Positions 45,790 through 56,800 of a stretch of DNA of 64,000 nt are shown piece after piece. Source of the stretch: a virus (Duplodnaviria; Caudoviricetes); IMG/VR virus record IMGVR_UViG_2706796752_000001, positions 1 through 64,000 of that record; one strand, 5' to 3'. Position 1 is the first letter of the stretch, and the number at the start of each line of letters is the position of its first letter. The position numbers and the translations under genes are program-made. The notes beneath the pieces were generated by a model. The model was given only the letters and a program-made list of their open reading frames with translations, did not search any database and was not told the DNA's origin.

Positions 45790-45933
45790 GTTACAGGAGG
45801 GTGTCACATGGCATCCTCTTTTTTCTATGATTTTACAGTAATATTACAAAACTGTTACATTAATATAATATCTAACTTGGTGCGGTATATTACTATTAAG
45901 AAGGACAAAAACAAACAAAGGAGTTTTGATGAG

Positions 45934-46536
45934 ATGAAAAAACTAAGGAACACGTTAACAGGTTTGGTGTTAGGTACAGGATTATTGTTTGGCGCCGGAG
46001 CAGCGAGTGCTGATACAGGAGGTACTAGTGTAGTAGACTTCCTACATTCAAAAGGAGAATCATATGACTTCGGAACACGTAGTAATCTAGCAGCACAATA
46101 TGGTATTGCAGGTTACCAAGGAACAGCTAACCAGAACATCCAATTACTAGGTTACTTACAAGGTGACCTAAATCAACCGCAACCTAAGAAAGTAAAAGAT
46201 GAGTCTTACACAGAGACTACACCACAAGGTAAAACAATCGTAGTGAAAGCAACAGCTTATACTGCTGACCCATCCGAGAATGGCGGAACATATGGTGGAC
46301 GAGTATTAACAGCTACAGGGTTTGACTTAACAGCAAATCCATCGGCTAAAGTTATCGCAGTTGACCCACGAGTAATTCCATTAGGCTCTAAAGTTCATGT
46401 AGAAGGATACGGAACAGCAATTGCATCAGATACTGGTGGAGCTATCAAAGGAAATCGAATCGATGTATTAATGCCTTCTAAATCTCAGTCTAGTAACTGG
46501 GGCGTACGAACAGTAAAAGTAACAATCTTAAACTAG
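45934..46536 (+). CDS. Secreted 3D-domain (MltA-like) cell-wall-modifying protein
   Basis: Signal peptide MKKLRN...ASA; ATAYT, IAVDPRVIPLGS, DTGGAIKGNRIDV; start at 45934 after AAAGGAG. Confidence 0.9.
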   Translation: MKKLRNTLTGLVLGTGLLFGAGAASADTGGTSVVDFLHSKGESYDFGTRSNLAAQYGIAGYQGTANQNIQLLGYLQGDLNQPQPKKVKDESYTETTPQGKTIVVKATAYTADPSENGGTYGGRVLTATGFDLTANPSAKVIAVDPRVIPLGSKVHVEGYGTAIASDTGGAIKGNRIDVLMPSKSQSSNWGVRTVKVTILN

Positions 46537-46627
46537 TAAAGGGACCGTCTCTCAATAGAGATGGTCTTTTTTGTTATACTATTTATATAAGTACTATATT
46601 AGAGAAGATAAAACAGGAGGTATAATT

Positions 46628-47056
46628 ATGGAAATTACTAAAGAGTATGAAGAAGTACATGAAGGTGAAAGCAAAGAGTTGACACGTGAAGAGGTCCAAG
46701 AGGAACAAGCACAGGAGAAACGACAACTTATCGATAGAATCATGCGCGGTAAAAACGATATGTTCATCAAACACTACAATCTACCAGAATACAACATTGA
46801 GTTTACGGTCCATATCCAAGCACCGAACGCAATTGAGAGTGGTAAGATTCAAGCCAAGACTGCTAGATACTTAGATGGTATGAACCTTTACTCATCCCAA
46901 TACTACGTAGTCGTTTATCAGACTCTTGCAATCTTAAGAATTTGCGGAAGAGAATTACCAGAATATTTAGAAAAGGACGAGAACATTTACAATCTAGACA
47001 TCTTGTATTTAATCGGTGTCGATTTTGCAGAATGGCTAAGTACCTTTCGAAAGTAA
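46628..47056 (+). CDS. Tail assembly chaperone
   Basis: Between tube and tape measure; ends WLSTFRK at slippery site. Confidence 0.8.
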   Translation: MEITKEYEEVHEGESKELTREEVQEEQAQEKRQLIDRIMRGKNDMFIKHYNLPEYNIEFTVHIQAPNAIESGKIQAKTARYLDGMNLYSSQYYVVVYQTLAILRICGRELPEYLEKDENIYNLDILYLIGVDFAEWLSTFRK

Positions 47057-47102
47057 GGTCAAACAGTACGGTGGGCTAAAGCAGTTAGCTAAGGAACCAT
47101 AT

Positions 47103-47684
47103 ATGAGAAACATGTGGGTACTTATCAAGACACTTAACATGCCACCTACAGACCCCCGATTCTTAGCCTTAGATGACGCACAAGTAGAGTTGATGCTTTA
47201 CTCATTAGAGGAAGATGCAAAAGCTATTGAGAGAGCTCGCAGAGGCGTACAGGTTGAAGATGAAAACTTTGATAGTTCATTCGATGACAAGATTTGGAAC
47301 AAAGCTGCTGGTGAGTGGCAAATGGTTGAAGACGGTCATGATATGGACGAGATTGCTAGACAGGTTAATGCGATGACAGCAGCTAAGGACAGAGCAGACC
47401 TAGAAGGTAAGTTTGATGGTATTGAAGGTTACAATGAACATCTAGAAAACGGTGGAATGACTTCTCGTGAAGCCGAAGTATCTAACCATATCGCGAATCA
47501 GTTGGCTAAGGCAGAACAAAGAGCGAGAGAGTTGGAATCAGGTGCAACGTCTAACAAAGACTTCATTGATGACCGCGAGCGCGCAGGAGAAGTTGTTATG
47601 GATGAAGAGCACAGGCTCAACAAACAAGCAATGGATGAGGCAATCGCAGCATTTGAAGACGATGACGATTATGATGTTCTTTAG
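47103..47684 (+). CDS. Tail assembly chaperone C-terminal extension (probably made by +1 frameshift)
   Basis: Frame open from 47040, overlapping the upstream ORF end in the +1 frame. Confidence 0.75.
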   Translation: MRNMWVLIKTLNMPPTDPRFLALDDAQVELMLYSLEEDAKAIERARRGVQVEDENFDSSFDDKIWNKAAGEWQMVEDGHDMDEIARQVNAMTAAKDRADLEGKFDGIEGYNEHLENGGMTSREAEVSNHIANQLAKAEQRARELESGATSNKDFIDDRERAGEVVMDEEHRLNKQAMDEAIAAFEDDDDYDVL

Positions 47685-47730
47685 AGAGAGGGGTAACCCT
47701 CTCTTATTTTAGATATAAGGATGTGGAAAA

Positions 47731-50700
47731 ATGGCTAAAAGGGAAAAGTATATTTTCGATGTAGAGGCTGAGGTCGGTAAAGCTGCCAAGAGTATTAAGT
47801 CGTTAGAAGCTGAACTCTCTAAATTACAAAAGCTAAATAAAGACATCGATGCTACTGGTGGAGACCGTACAGAGAAAGAAATGCTTGCTACATTAAAAGC
47901 AGCAAAAGAGGTTAATGCTGAGTACCAGAAGATGCAACGTATTTTAAAAGACCTTAGCAAACATAGTAGTAAAGTAAGCCGTAAGGACTTTAATGACAGT
48001 AAAGTAATTAACAATGCCAAGACATCAGTTCAAGGTGGTAAGGTTACAGATTCATTCGGTCAGATGTTAAAGAACATGGAACGACAAATGAACTCCATGA
48101 ACAAACAATTCGACAATCACCGTAAAGCCATGGTAGACAGAGGTCAACAATATACCGAGAACTTGAAAACGAATCGTAAAGATTCACAAGGTAATTCTAA
48201 ACCGTCTATGATGGGTCGTAACAAGTCTACAGGTGAAGACATGGAAAAGGCTGTAGACAAGTTCTTATCCGGTCAGAACGAGGCGACAAACGGATTAAAC
48301 CAAGCATTAATGCAGTTGAAAGAGATATCCAAGTTAAATAGACGTTCGGAGAGCTTATCTCGTCGAGCATCTGCATCTGGTTATATGTCATTTCAACAGT
48401 ACTCTAACTTCACAGGAGACAGACGTACGGTTCAACAGACTTATGGTGGATTAAAGACAGATAACCGTGCGAAAGTACTAGAACTATCTGGTCAAGCTAC
48501 AGGTATCAGTAAAGAGTTAGATAGATTAAATAGTAAGAAAGGTTTAACTGCTCGTGAAGGTGAAGAGCGTAAGAAGTTAATGCGACAGCTGGAAGGTATC
48601 GATGCAGAGTTAACAGCACGTAAGAAGCTAAACAACTCGCTAGATGAGGCTACAGCTAACATGAACAAGTTCAATCAATCTCTACTAGATGCTAACGTAA
48701 CTGTTAAACCAGAACGTGGTACGATGAGAGGTATGATGTATGAGCGTGCTCCTGCAATCGCATTAGCAATCGGTGGAGCAATTACTGCTACAGTTGGTAA
48801 ATTATACAGCGATGGTGGTAACCACAGTAAAGCTATGAGACCGGATGAGGCATACGTAGGACAGCAGACAGGTGCAGTAGGTGCAAACTGGAGACCGAAC
48901 CGTACAGCAACAATGCGTTCTGGTTTAGGTAATCATCTAGGATTCACGGGACAAGAGATGATGGAGTTCCAATCAAACTACTTAACTGCTAATGGTTATC
49001 ATGGTGCTGAAGATATGAAAGCAGCTACTACTGGTCAAGCGACATTCGCTAGAGCTACTGGTCTTGGTGCCGATGATGTTAAAGACTTCTTCAACACAGC
49101 TTATCGTTCTGGTGGTGTAGATGGTAACCAAACGAAACAGTTCCAAAATGCCTTCCTTGGAGCCATGAAACAATCTGGTGCTGTAGGTCGTGAGAAAGAC
49201 CAACTTAAAGCATTGAACGGTATCCTAACTTCTATGTCACAAAACAGAACAGTTACGAACCAAGAAATGATGAGAACCATGGGTCTACAATCTACCATCT
49301 CTGCAACTGGAGTATCTTCTTTACAAGGTTCAAAAGGTGGAGCGTTAATGGAACAGCTTGATACAGGTATCCGCGAAGGATTCAACGACCCACAAATGCG
49401 TGTACTGTTTGGTCAAGGTACAAAGTATCAAGGACTAAAAGGTCGAGCTCAATTACGTAAGCAGATGGAGAAAGGTATATCCGACCCTGATAACTTAACC
49501 ACTCTTATCGATGCAGCTAAAGCTCAAGCTCCTTCTGGAGATAAGGAAGAACAAGCCGAAATCTTACAGACGTTAGCATCTAGAATGGGTGTCAATATGT
49601 CTTCACAGCAAGCAGGTGGTTTGTTAGGTATGGACCCTAAGAGCCTAACAAAAGATAACATTGACAAGGTTATGAAGGAAGGTTTGAAAGAAGGTTCCAT
49701 TGAATCCGCTAAACGTGATAAAGCTTACTCAGATTCTAAAGCGTCTATTGATAACTCATCTGAAGCAGCTACGGCTAAACAGTCTACTGAGTTAAACGAC
49801 ATGGGTAGCAAACTACGTGAAGCAAACGCAGCATTAGGTGGATTACCTGCCCCTATGTACGCAGCAATCGCAGCGGTAGTAGCATTCACAGCAGCAGTTG
49901 CAGGTTCAGCAATCATGTTCAAAGGAGCTAGTTTACTAAAAGGAGGCGTAGCAGGTAAGTTCGGTAAGAAAGGCGGTCGCGGCGGTGGAGGCGGCGGCGG
50001 CGGTGGAGGTGGTGTTGGTGCCGCAGCTACCGGAGCTGGTGCAGCGGGCGCCGCTGGTGCAGCAGGTGCAGCCGGAGAAATAGGAGCGGGAGTAGCAGGT
50101 GCCGCAGGTGGAACAGCAGCGGGCGCAGCAGCTGGAGGAAGTAAACTTGCAGGTGTTGGTAAAGGCGTCATGAAAGGCGCAGGTAAATTAATGCTACCTC
50201 TTGGTATCCTTATGGGTGCTAATGAAATCATGCAAGCCCCAGAAGAACAGAAAGGTGCAGCCGTAGGTTCCGCAGTAGGTGGACTTGGTGGCGGTGTTCT
50301 TGGTGGTGCAGCAGCCGGAGCCGCAGTAGGGTCATTCCTTGGACCAATCGGTACAGCAGTTGGAGGTATCGGTGGTGCTATTGCAGGTGGTTGGGCTGGT
50401 TCTGGTATCGGTGAAACGATAGGTGGATGGTTCGATAGTAAACCTAAAGAAGACCCGACAGCTTCCGCAGCAGCTTTAGCCGCAGCAGCAGGTACTACTG
50501 GAGCAGTTGGTGCATCTAGTACCGCATCTTTACAATCACAAATGTCACAAGGTGTAAGTGCGAGTAACGCTAGTCAAATCAACTCAATGGCTTCAGCGTT
50601 AGGAATCTCATCCGGAGCCTTGGCATCTCAACTAGGCATATCTTCTGGTCAAGAGAATCAAATCCAGACAATGACTGATAAGGAGAACACGAATACCAAG

Positions 50701-51543
50701 AAAGCCAATGAATCTAAGAAAGGAGATAATCTATCTTTCGAACGTGAAAACATTTCTATGTACGAACGTGTATTAACACGAGCTGAGCAGATTCTTGCAC
50801 AGGCTAGAGCACAGAATGGTATCATGGGAGTAGGTGGAGGTGGAACTGCTGGAGCTGGTGGTGGTATAAATGGCTTCACAGGTGGTGGTAAGTTACAATT
50901 CCTAGCAGATGGTCAGAAGTGGTCTTCAAGCAACCTTCAGCAGCATGATTTAGGATTCACAGACCAAAACCTGACAGCAGAAGACCTTGACAAATGGATT
51001 GACTCGAAAGCCCCTCAAGGCTCTATGATGAGAGGTATGGGTGCTACGTTCCTTAAAGCAGGACAAGAGTACGGTTTAGACCCTCGTTATCTAGTTGCTC
51101 ACGCAGCTGAAGAGTCTGGATGGGGTACTTCTAAGATTGCTAGAGATAAAGGTAACTTCTTTGGAATTGGCGCGTTCGATGACAGTCCGTACTCAAGTGC
51201 CTATGAATTCAAAGACGGAACAGGTTCGGCTGCCGAAAAAGGAATCATGGGTGGGGCTAAGTGGATATCTGAGAAGTACTATGGTAAAGGTAATACCACG
51301 TTAGATAAGATGAAAGCAGCAGGTTACGCAACGAATGCTACGTGGGCTCCAAACATTGCTTCTATCATGGCTGGTGCTCCTAAGGGAAGCGGTAGCGGTA
51401 ATGTCCAAGCCACAATTAACGTCAACGTAAGAGGAGATGACAAGGTATCCGATAAGCTGAAGAATAGCGCGGATATGAAGAAGGCAGGAAAAGATATTGG
51501 AAGCTTGTTAGGATTCTATTCTAGGGAGATGACAATAGCTTAA
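47731..51543 (+). CDS. Tape measure protein with C-terminal glucosaminidase domain
   Basis: Helical N-terminus, G/A-rich hydrophobic stretch, YGLDPRYLVAHAAEESGWGTS, NFFGIGAFD, GYAT. Confidence 0.88.
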   Translation: MAKREKYIFDVEAEVGKAAKSIKSLEAELSKLQKLNKDIDATGGDRTEKEMLATLKAAKEVNAEYQKMQRILKDLSKHSSKVSRKDFNDSKVINNAKTSVQGGKVTDSFGQMLKNMERQMNSMNKQFDNHRKAMVDRGQQYTENLKTNRKDSQGNSKPSMMGRNKSTGEDMEKAVDKFLSGQNEATNGLNQALMQLKEISKLNRRSESLSRRASASGYMSFQQYSNFTGDRRTVQQTYGGLKTDNRAKVLELSGQATGISKELDRLNSKKGLTAREGEERKKLMRQLEGIDAELTARKKLNNSLDEATANMNKFNQSLLDANVTVKPERGTMRGMMYERAPAIALAIGGAITATVGKLYSDGGNHSKAMRPDEAYVGQQTGAVGANWRPNRTATMRSGLGNHLGFTGQEMMEFQSNYLTANGYHGAEDMKAATTGQATFARATGLGADDVKDFFNTAYRSGGVDGNQTKQFQNAFLGAMKQSGAVGREKDQLKALNGILTSMSQNRTVTNQEMMRTMGLQSTISATGVSSLQGSKGGALMEQLDTGIREGFNDPQMRVLFGQGTKYQGLKGRAQLRKQMEKGISDPDNLTTLIDAAKAQAPSGDKEEQAEILQTLASRMGVNMSSQQAGGLLGMDPKSLTKDNIDKVMKEGLKEGSIESAKRDKAYSDSKASIDNSSEAATAKQSTELNDMGSKLREANAALGGLPAPMYAAIAAVVAFTAAVAGSAIMFKGASLLKGGVAGKFGKKGGRGGGGGGGGGGGVGAAATGAGAAGAAGAAGAAGEIGAGVAGAAGGTAAGAAAGGSKLAGVGKGVMKGAGKLMLPLGILMGANEIMQAPEEQKGAAVGSAVGGLGGGVLGGAAAGAAVGSFLGPIGTAVGGIGGAIAGGWAGSGIGETIGGWFDSKPKEDPTASAAALAAAAGTTGAVGASSTASLQSQMSQGVSASNASQINSMASALGISSGALASQLGISSGQENQIQTMTDKENTNTKKANESKKGDNLSFERENISMYERVLTRAEQILAQARAQNGIMGVGGGGTAGAGGGINGFTGGGKLQFLADGQKWSSSNLQQHDLGFTDQNLTAEDLDKWIDSKAPQGSMMRGMGATFLKAGQEYGLDPRYLVAHAAEESGWGTSKIARDKGNFFGIGAFDDSPYSSAYEFKDGTGSAAEKGIMGGAKWISEKYYGKGNTTLDKMKAAGYATNATWAPNIASIMAGAPKGSGSGNVQATINVNVRGDDKVSDKLKNSADMKKAGKDIGSLLGFYSREMTIA

Positions 51544-51614
51544 TAGGGTGGTGTGGGCATAGCTCACCCATCCTTTTTCTGTTATATTAGTAGTATACAA
51601 AAGGAGGAAAATAC

Positions 51615-53792
51615 ATGACTACAATAGTTACTAGATATCCTCGTATAGAGGTTGATTTAATTACAGAAAATACTACTTACGAAATCCAGTACGATACAGG
51701 AGAAACATTAACGACAAAGAACTTCGACAATGCAATTCTATCTCTATCTACTAAAAACGCAATGGCAGATGATAGCCCTGCTTTCTCGCTAATTGTAACA
51801 GCACAAGATAAGTGGGATAAAGTTGTCGGACCTAACGACCTAATACGTATCAAAGCTATACCAGATGTAACTGATAAAGTACCAGATAATCCGTGGATAA
51901 TGGTCGGACTGATATCAGATATCAAGAAAGACGGTGAATATGCGAACGGTACACTTGTCTATCGTGTAACTGGTCAGGCAATGACAAAGGCATTAATCAA
52001 TTTCCAAGTCGGTGTAATCCAACAATTCGCATCTATTTCCCCTGATATCGGATGGTTACCTGATGGAACAGAACAAGGTCTGAAGTTCTCTGGTAACAAT
52101 GCAGCAGGAATAGGTAACGAGCTAATGGATAGATTCTTGTATAAATATGCGCAATATGAATTCGCAAATGGAACAGGTCTACAAGACTATTTCACTCATG
52201 AGTTTAAGAGTTGGGAATCTGATGAATCATTACAAGACCCATCACCATTCGTAAACTACCAAGGTTCTATGAGACAGTTCTTAGAAGACATTGTAGCTAA
52301 ACCATTTAATGAACTGTACTTCGAGTTCACTAAAGATGGTCGTTGTATTGCTTTAATGAGACCGACACCGTTCGACAAGGACAAATGGGAAGCCTTGCAT
52401 TCTTACGAGATAACGAGTGATATCGTGTTGCAGGAGTCTTACAGTAGAAATGATAACGAAGCTTTCTCAGTATATTGCGTGGATGCACCAAACATCGCGG
52501 AGTTTACTAGTTTAGACTTGGGGGTATATCCTCGTTTCCATCCGGAACTTATTAAGAAGTACGGATACAAGAGACTAGATGCCTCTAACAGATATTTATT
52601 ATCTACTAACAAAGCACAAAGCGGTAATGTGAATACTGGTAACGCCGCTAACAATACTGGGAATACTGCTAAGCAACCAACCTATGATGAACTGTTACTG
52701 TACATCAACCAGCAAGGTTTCATGGATAAGGAGACTATCCGTAAGAAGAAGTCCGAGATGTCCGCTTCTCTGAAGGCACAATTCCCATCAATGACTGTGT
52801 CTATGACAAACAATATCATAGATGCGATTGCGAATGAGCAGTTTAATCCCGATAAGTATAAACAGATTATATCATCCGCAACTGGAGATGTCAACCAGTC
52901 AAATAATAATGAAAAATCAGCAGATAGCACAAAGCTAAAAGCATTCACTGACAGACTGTATAATTGGTATTGCGAGAATCCTAACTTCTACTCAGGAGAT
53001 ATTCGTGTACTAGGTAACCCCGCCTTCCGTGTTGGCGCAAAACTATATTACGAAGACTTCGAACAAGAGACTAAGTGGGAGTTCTATATTGAGTCTATAC
53101 AGCATGAGTTTAGCTATACGAACGGTTACTCTACTATTATCGGTGTTACTCGAGGATTACAAAATAGAGGAGCTAGTAGATTCACAAACCTATGGGGTAA
53201 ATCGGAAGACTTCAAAGGCGGTTACTTAGGGGAGGATACACTAGCTACATTACTAGAGAAAGCGAAAGCTGCTCGAGAGGCACAGATGGCTGGGGGAGGA
53301 CAAGGAGGAAACACTGGAGGTACAGGTGGAGTTGTTGCAGGTGGACCAGTAGCAATGAACGCAGTAGCTATCGCGAAAGAGATGACAACTAAACCATCTG
53401 TCTATGTATTCGGTGGAGGTCGTTCCGGTGGTAACCCATTCACTAAATCTCCAATCAAGACTGACTGTTCATCATTCATCTGGTGGATATTTAACCTAAA
53501 TGGTGTCGACCTCAAAGGTGGAGAGCATGGGATGACAACAGACACAATAAAGACGGACTCAAGACTCCAACTTATCAGTCCTCGCGGAGGAGATAAGAAA
53601 GCTGCATTGGCTCAGGCTCAGGTGGGAGACATCATATGGTTTGATACGTATAAGTCTGATGGTCATATCGTAATCTATACTGGTAACAATCGTTTCATAG
53701 GTTCACAGGATAAGGGAATCACTGAGGAGGATATCACTAGTTCATATTGGCAGCGAGTGTTTAATGGACACATCAGACGCTTTACTGGATGA
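51615..53792 (+). CDS. Baseplate hub/tail lysin with C-terminal NlpC/P60 domain
   Basis: YVFGGG, TDCSSFIWW, GDIIWF, GHIVIY. Confidence 0.88.
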   Translation: MTTIVTRYPRIEVDLITENTTYEIQYDTGETLTTKNFDNAILSLSTKNAMADDSPAFSLIVTAQDKWDKVVGPNDLIRIKAIPDVTDKVPDNPWIMVGLISDIKKDGEYANGTLVYRVTGQAMTKALINFQVGVIQQFASISPDIGWLPDGTEQGLKFSGNNAAGIGNELMDRFLYKYAQYEFANGTGLQDYFTHEFKSWESDESLQDPSPFVNYQGSMRQFLEDIVAKPFNELYFEFTKDGRCIALMRPTPFDKDKWEALHSYEITSDIVLQESYSRNDNEAFSVYCVDAPNIAEFTSLDLGVYPRFHPELIKKYGYKRLDASNRYLLSTNKAQSGNVNTGNAANNTGNTAKQPTYDELLLYINQQGFMDKETIRKKKSEMSASLKAQFPSMTVSMTNNIIDAIANEQFNPDKYKQIISSATGDVNQSNNNEKSADSTKLKAFTDRLYNWYCENPNFYSGDIRVLGNPAFRVGAKLYYEDFEQETKWEFYIESIQHEFSYTNGYSTIIGVTRGLQNRGASRFTNLWGKSEDFKGGYLGEDTLATLLEKAKAAREAQMAGGGQGGNTGGTGGVVAGGPVAMNAVAIAKEMTTKPSVYVFGGGRSGGNPFTKSPIKTDCSSFIWWIFNLNGVDLKGGEHGMTTDTIKTDSRLQLISPRGGDKKAALAQAQVGDIIWFDTYKSDGHIVIYTGNNRFIGSQDKGITEEDITSSYWQRVFNGHIRRFTG

Positions 53793-53831
53793 TTGTGATA
53801 TAATTAATTTTATTAAGGGAGGATGAGAAAT

Positions 53832-56800
53832 ATGGTAGAATTTGAACCTTTAGAAACAATGAGATTCCAATCACAACTCGGTAAAGAAATGAAACGAAAA
53901 TACAAGGAGGGTAACAATCTTGTTACTCTCTCTCTTGCTGATGTCGTAAAAGTTAACTATAAATACAACACAGTTGACGTTATCACAGTAAGAGAAAACA
54001 ACTCGACAGCTAAAAACCCTAACGATAACGGAAAGTACTCAGCTATGCTTCCGACTCATATGTCCGGTCGTACAGCTAACGGTAACATCTACGGTTCTAC
54101 AACATTAGTAACTGTAGGTACCCGTGTCCTAATCGGATTCATCGATGGACAAGTTGACACGCCAATCGTAATTAACATCTACGGTAAAACGGATGACCAA
54201 CAACAATTAACACGTACAGACTTCACATCAGCTGATGATTCAATCGAGTCTATCCAGCAAGAACTCTGGAATACTTTCAATTTATATCCATCTATGACTT
54301 ACGACAACATTGATGGTAGAGGTAACCGTGAAGTAACATTTTCTGGTAAGACATTCTTAATCGCAACAGACCGTGACCAAGAAAACATGTACGTACAAGA
54401 TGCGCATTTCGATTACATGGACCTTCCACATTCTCGTTATGCAAACGGAGAGCTTATTGAACCAGAATCTCCTGATGCACCAACAATGCTATTCGTACAC
54501 CAAAGTGTATATGACAACCATCGTACAACTTTCTTCGTGAAAGCAGATGGTACATTCCGTTTAGGTTCTCGTCATATCAGTGGTGGAGGAATTACGTACC
54601 AAGAACTAAAACCAGATGGCTCTTACTCAATCGTTAAGAAGAATGATACGGAGAATCCAGAAGAAGAGTCTAGTGATTTATCTTCTATCGAAATTCTTAA
54701 GGATGGTAACGTAGTGTTACAGAATCCTAAGACGAAAATGGAGATTACTGATGAGGGCGTAATGGTTAATGGTAAGCCAATCGGTTCCGGCGGTTCTGGT
54801 GGAGGTATATCCCCTGAGTTAGAGAATATCATAAAACAGATTAATAATCAATTCTCTTTATTAAAAATTACAATGTCTGAGATTGAAGGCGGTCTTGAAA
54901 CGAAAGTAGAGAAAGACACATACTTCATCGACACTGCTGAGATTGAAGCTAAGATTAAAGACATGAAAGATGGCGCTCGTAAAAGTAAAGATAATCTACA
55001 AAAATCTATTGAAGACCTAGTAAAATATATTGCTAATGAAGTTAACACGAACCCTATAACAGATGCTAACAAATTACAAATTACAAAATTACTAGATGAC
55101 ATAGATAATAAGAAAGCATCATTAGACGCCGCTGCACAAGTGGTACTATTAGACCCATTCTTAACTGATGAGCAGAAAGTAGCTGTTAAGAAGTGGTACG
55201 ATAAGCTTAACTCTGACCACACTGCACTGAAGACAACTGTGATGGTGGCTATCCAAGATGGTAACTTAACAGCACAAGATAAAAAGGACATCTCAACTGC
55301 CGCAGAAACATACCTAAATGACCTTACTTCTTGGTTAACGGAGATGGATAAAGCAGCTGATGCTAGTTACGAGCAGCGTATTGTTGATGCATTCGAGAAC
55401 GCAGTAAACTACGCGAACAAAGAATCATTACATCAAAGCGCAGTAATCACTCATCTATACAACATGGTATCTATTAAAGTTAGTTCTGAGCAAGTGACAC
55501 AGCAGTTCATCGATTTGAACACGAAGATAGAAAAGACACAAGAAGAGACAGCTACAGCACTAGACGATTTCCAAACTCAGATTGATAACACAGTTAAGAA
55601 CTTACCCTACAAGGTAGAAGTAACATCATCTAACGGTTTGATATTCGTAAATGGTGGCGTTAACTCTACAATCGCAGCTAAGGTTACTAAAGGTACTGAA
55701 GATGTGACAAGTACAGTGGCTGTTGCTGATTTCATATGGACTCGCGTTTCTAACAACACAGCAGGAGATACAGCTTGGAATAACGCTCATAAAAATGTTG
55801 GTCGCTCATTCAACATTAATGCTGCTGACGTAATTGATAGAGCAACATTCTTCTGTGATTACAAGAATCCTCCAGTAGCTACAGGTAGTGTTACAATCGC
55901 GAACATCCAAGATATCACAGTAGGTAATGTTGAGCCAACAAATCCACGTGAAGGTGCTTTATGGTATGACCGTGGAACAGGTATCGTGTGGATGTGGCAG
56001 CAAAACAAATGGGTGGAGATTAATAGATTCGATGTTAACATCCGTAACTTATTAATCGGTTCTCGTGACTATGGCGCACAGAACTCTAACAATCCAACAG
56101 ACCCTAACAACTCGACACCTCAAGGCAATATATCAGGCGCATGGGTTATGTCTGGTGACACGACAGGAACTCCACCTAAGACAGGAGTTAAACCTTCACC
56201 ACAGAACGCTACAAATCAAGATACATGGATATCTTATACGCAAAGTCAATGGGGCGGAGTGAAATACAAATCTAGTAAGCTTGCTAGCAGTGGTCTACTA
56301 GATGTTGGGGATATGGTTACTTACGTGTGTTATGTACGAACAGTAGGTGGAACTAGTCCTGATAAAGGCGTACCTATTAGATTGTATGTAACAGATAATA
56401 GGGATGGTGGTACTGGTACAATTGGTTTCGAAATGAAAGATAAAGAGACAGATGGCAAACCAGTCACTGGAGCACCTGTATCGATTAGAGCTACGCAGCA
56501 GTGGAGAATGGTATGGGGAACATTCCCTGTAACTCAACTGTTCTTAGATACAGCTAACGACCCTAACAGTACATCAAAGACTGTTCGTGTAGAACCGACA
56601 AGCTTTACAGATGTTGGAGCCGGAGGACAACTAGAAATTAAGTCTCATATGGTTGTTAAAGGGGTTATCCCTTCTGACTGGGTTCCAGCTCCAGAAGATA
56701 CAAAGCGTGACTCAGATAACACCAACTGGAACATGGACGCTCTTGGTAATGACAACTATCTAACTCGTTTTGAGCGTGGATTAGTTAAAACTAAGTTAGC

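Noticed and set aside
49970-50140. GC-rich island suggesting foreign DNA
   Set aside because: Explained by Gly/Ala codon runs within the tape measure protein.
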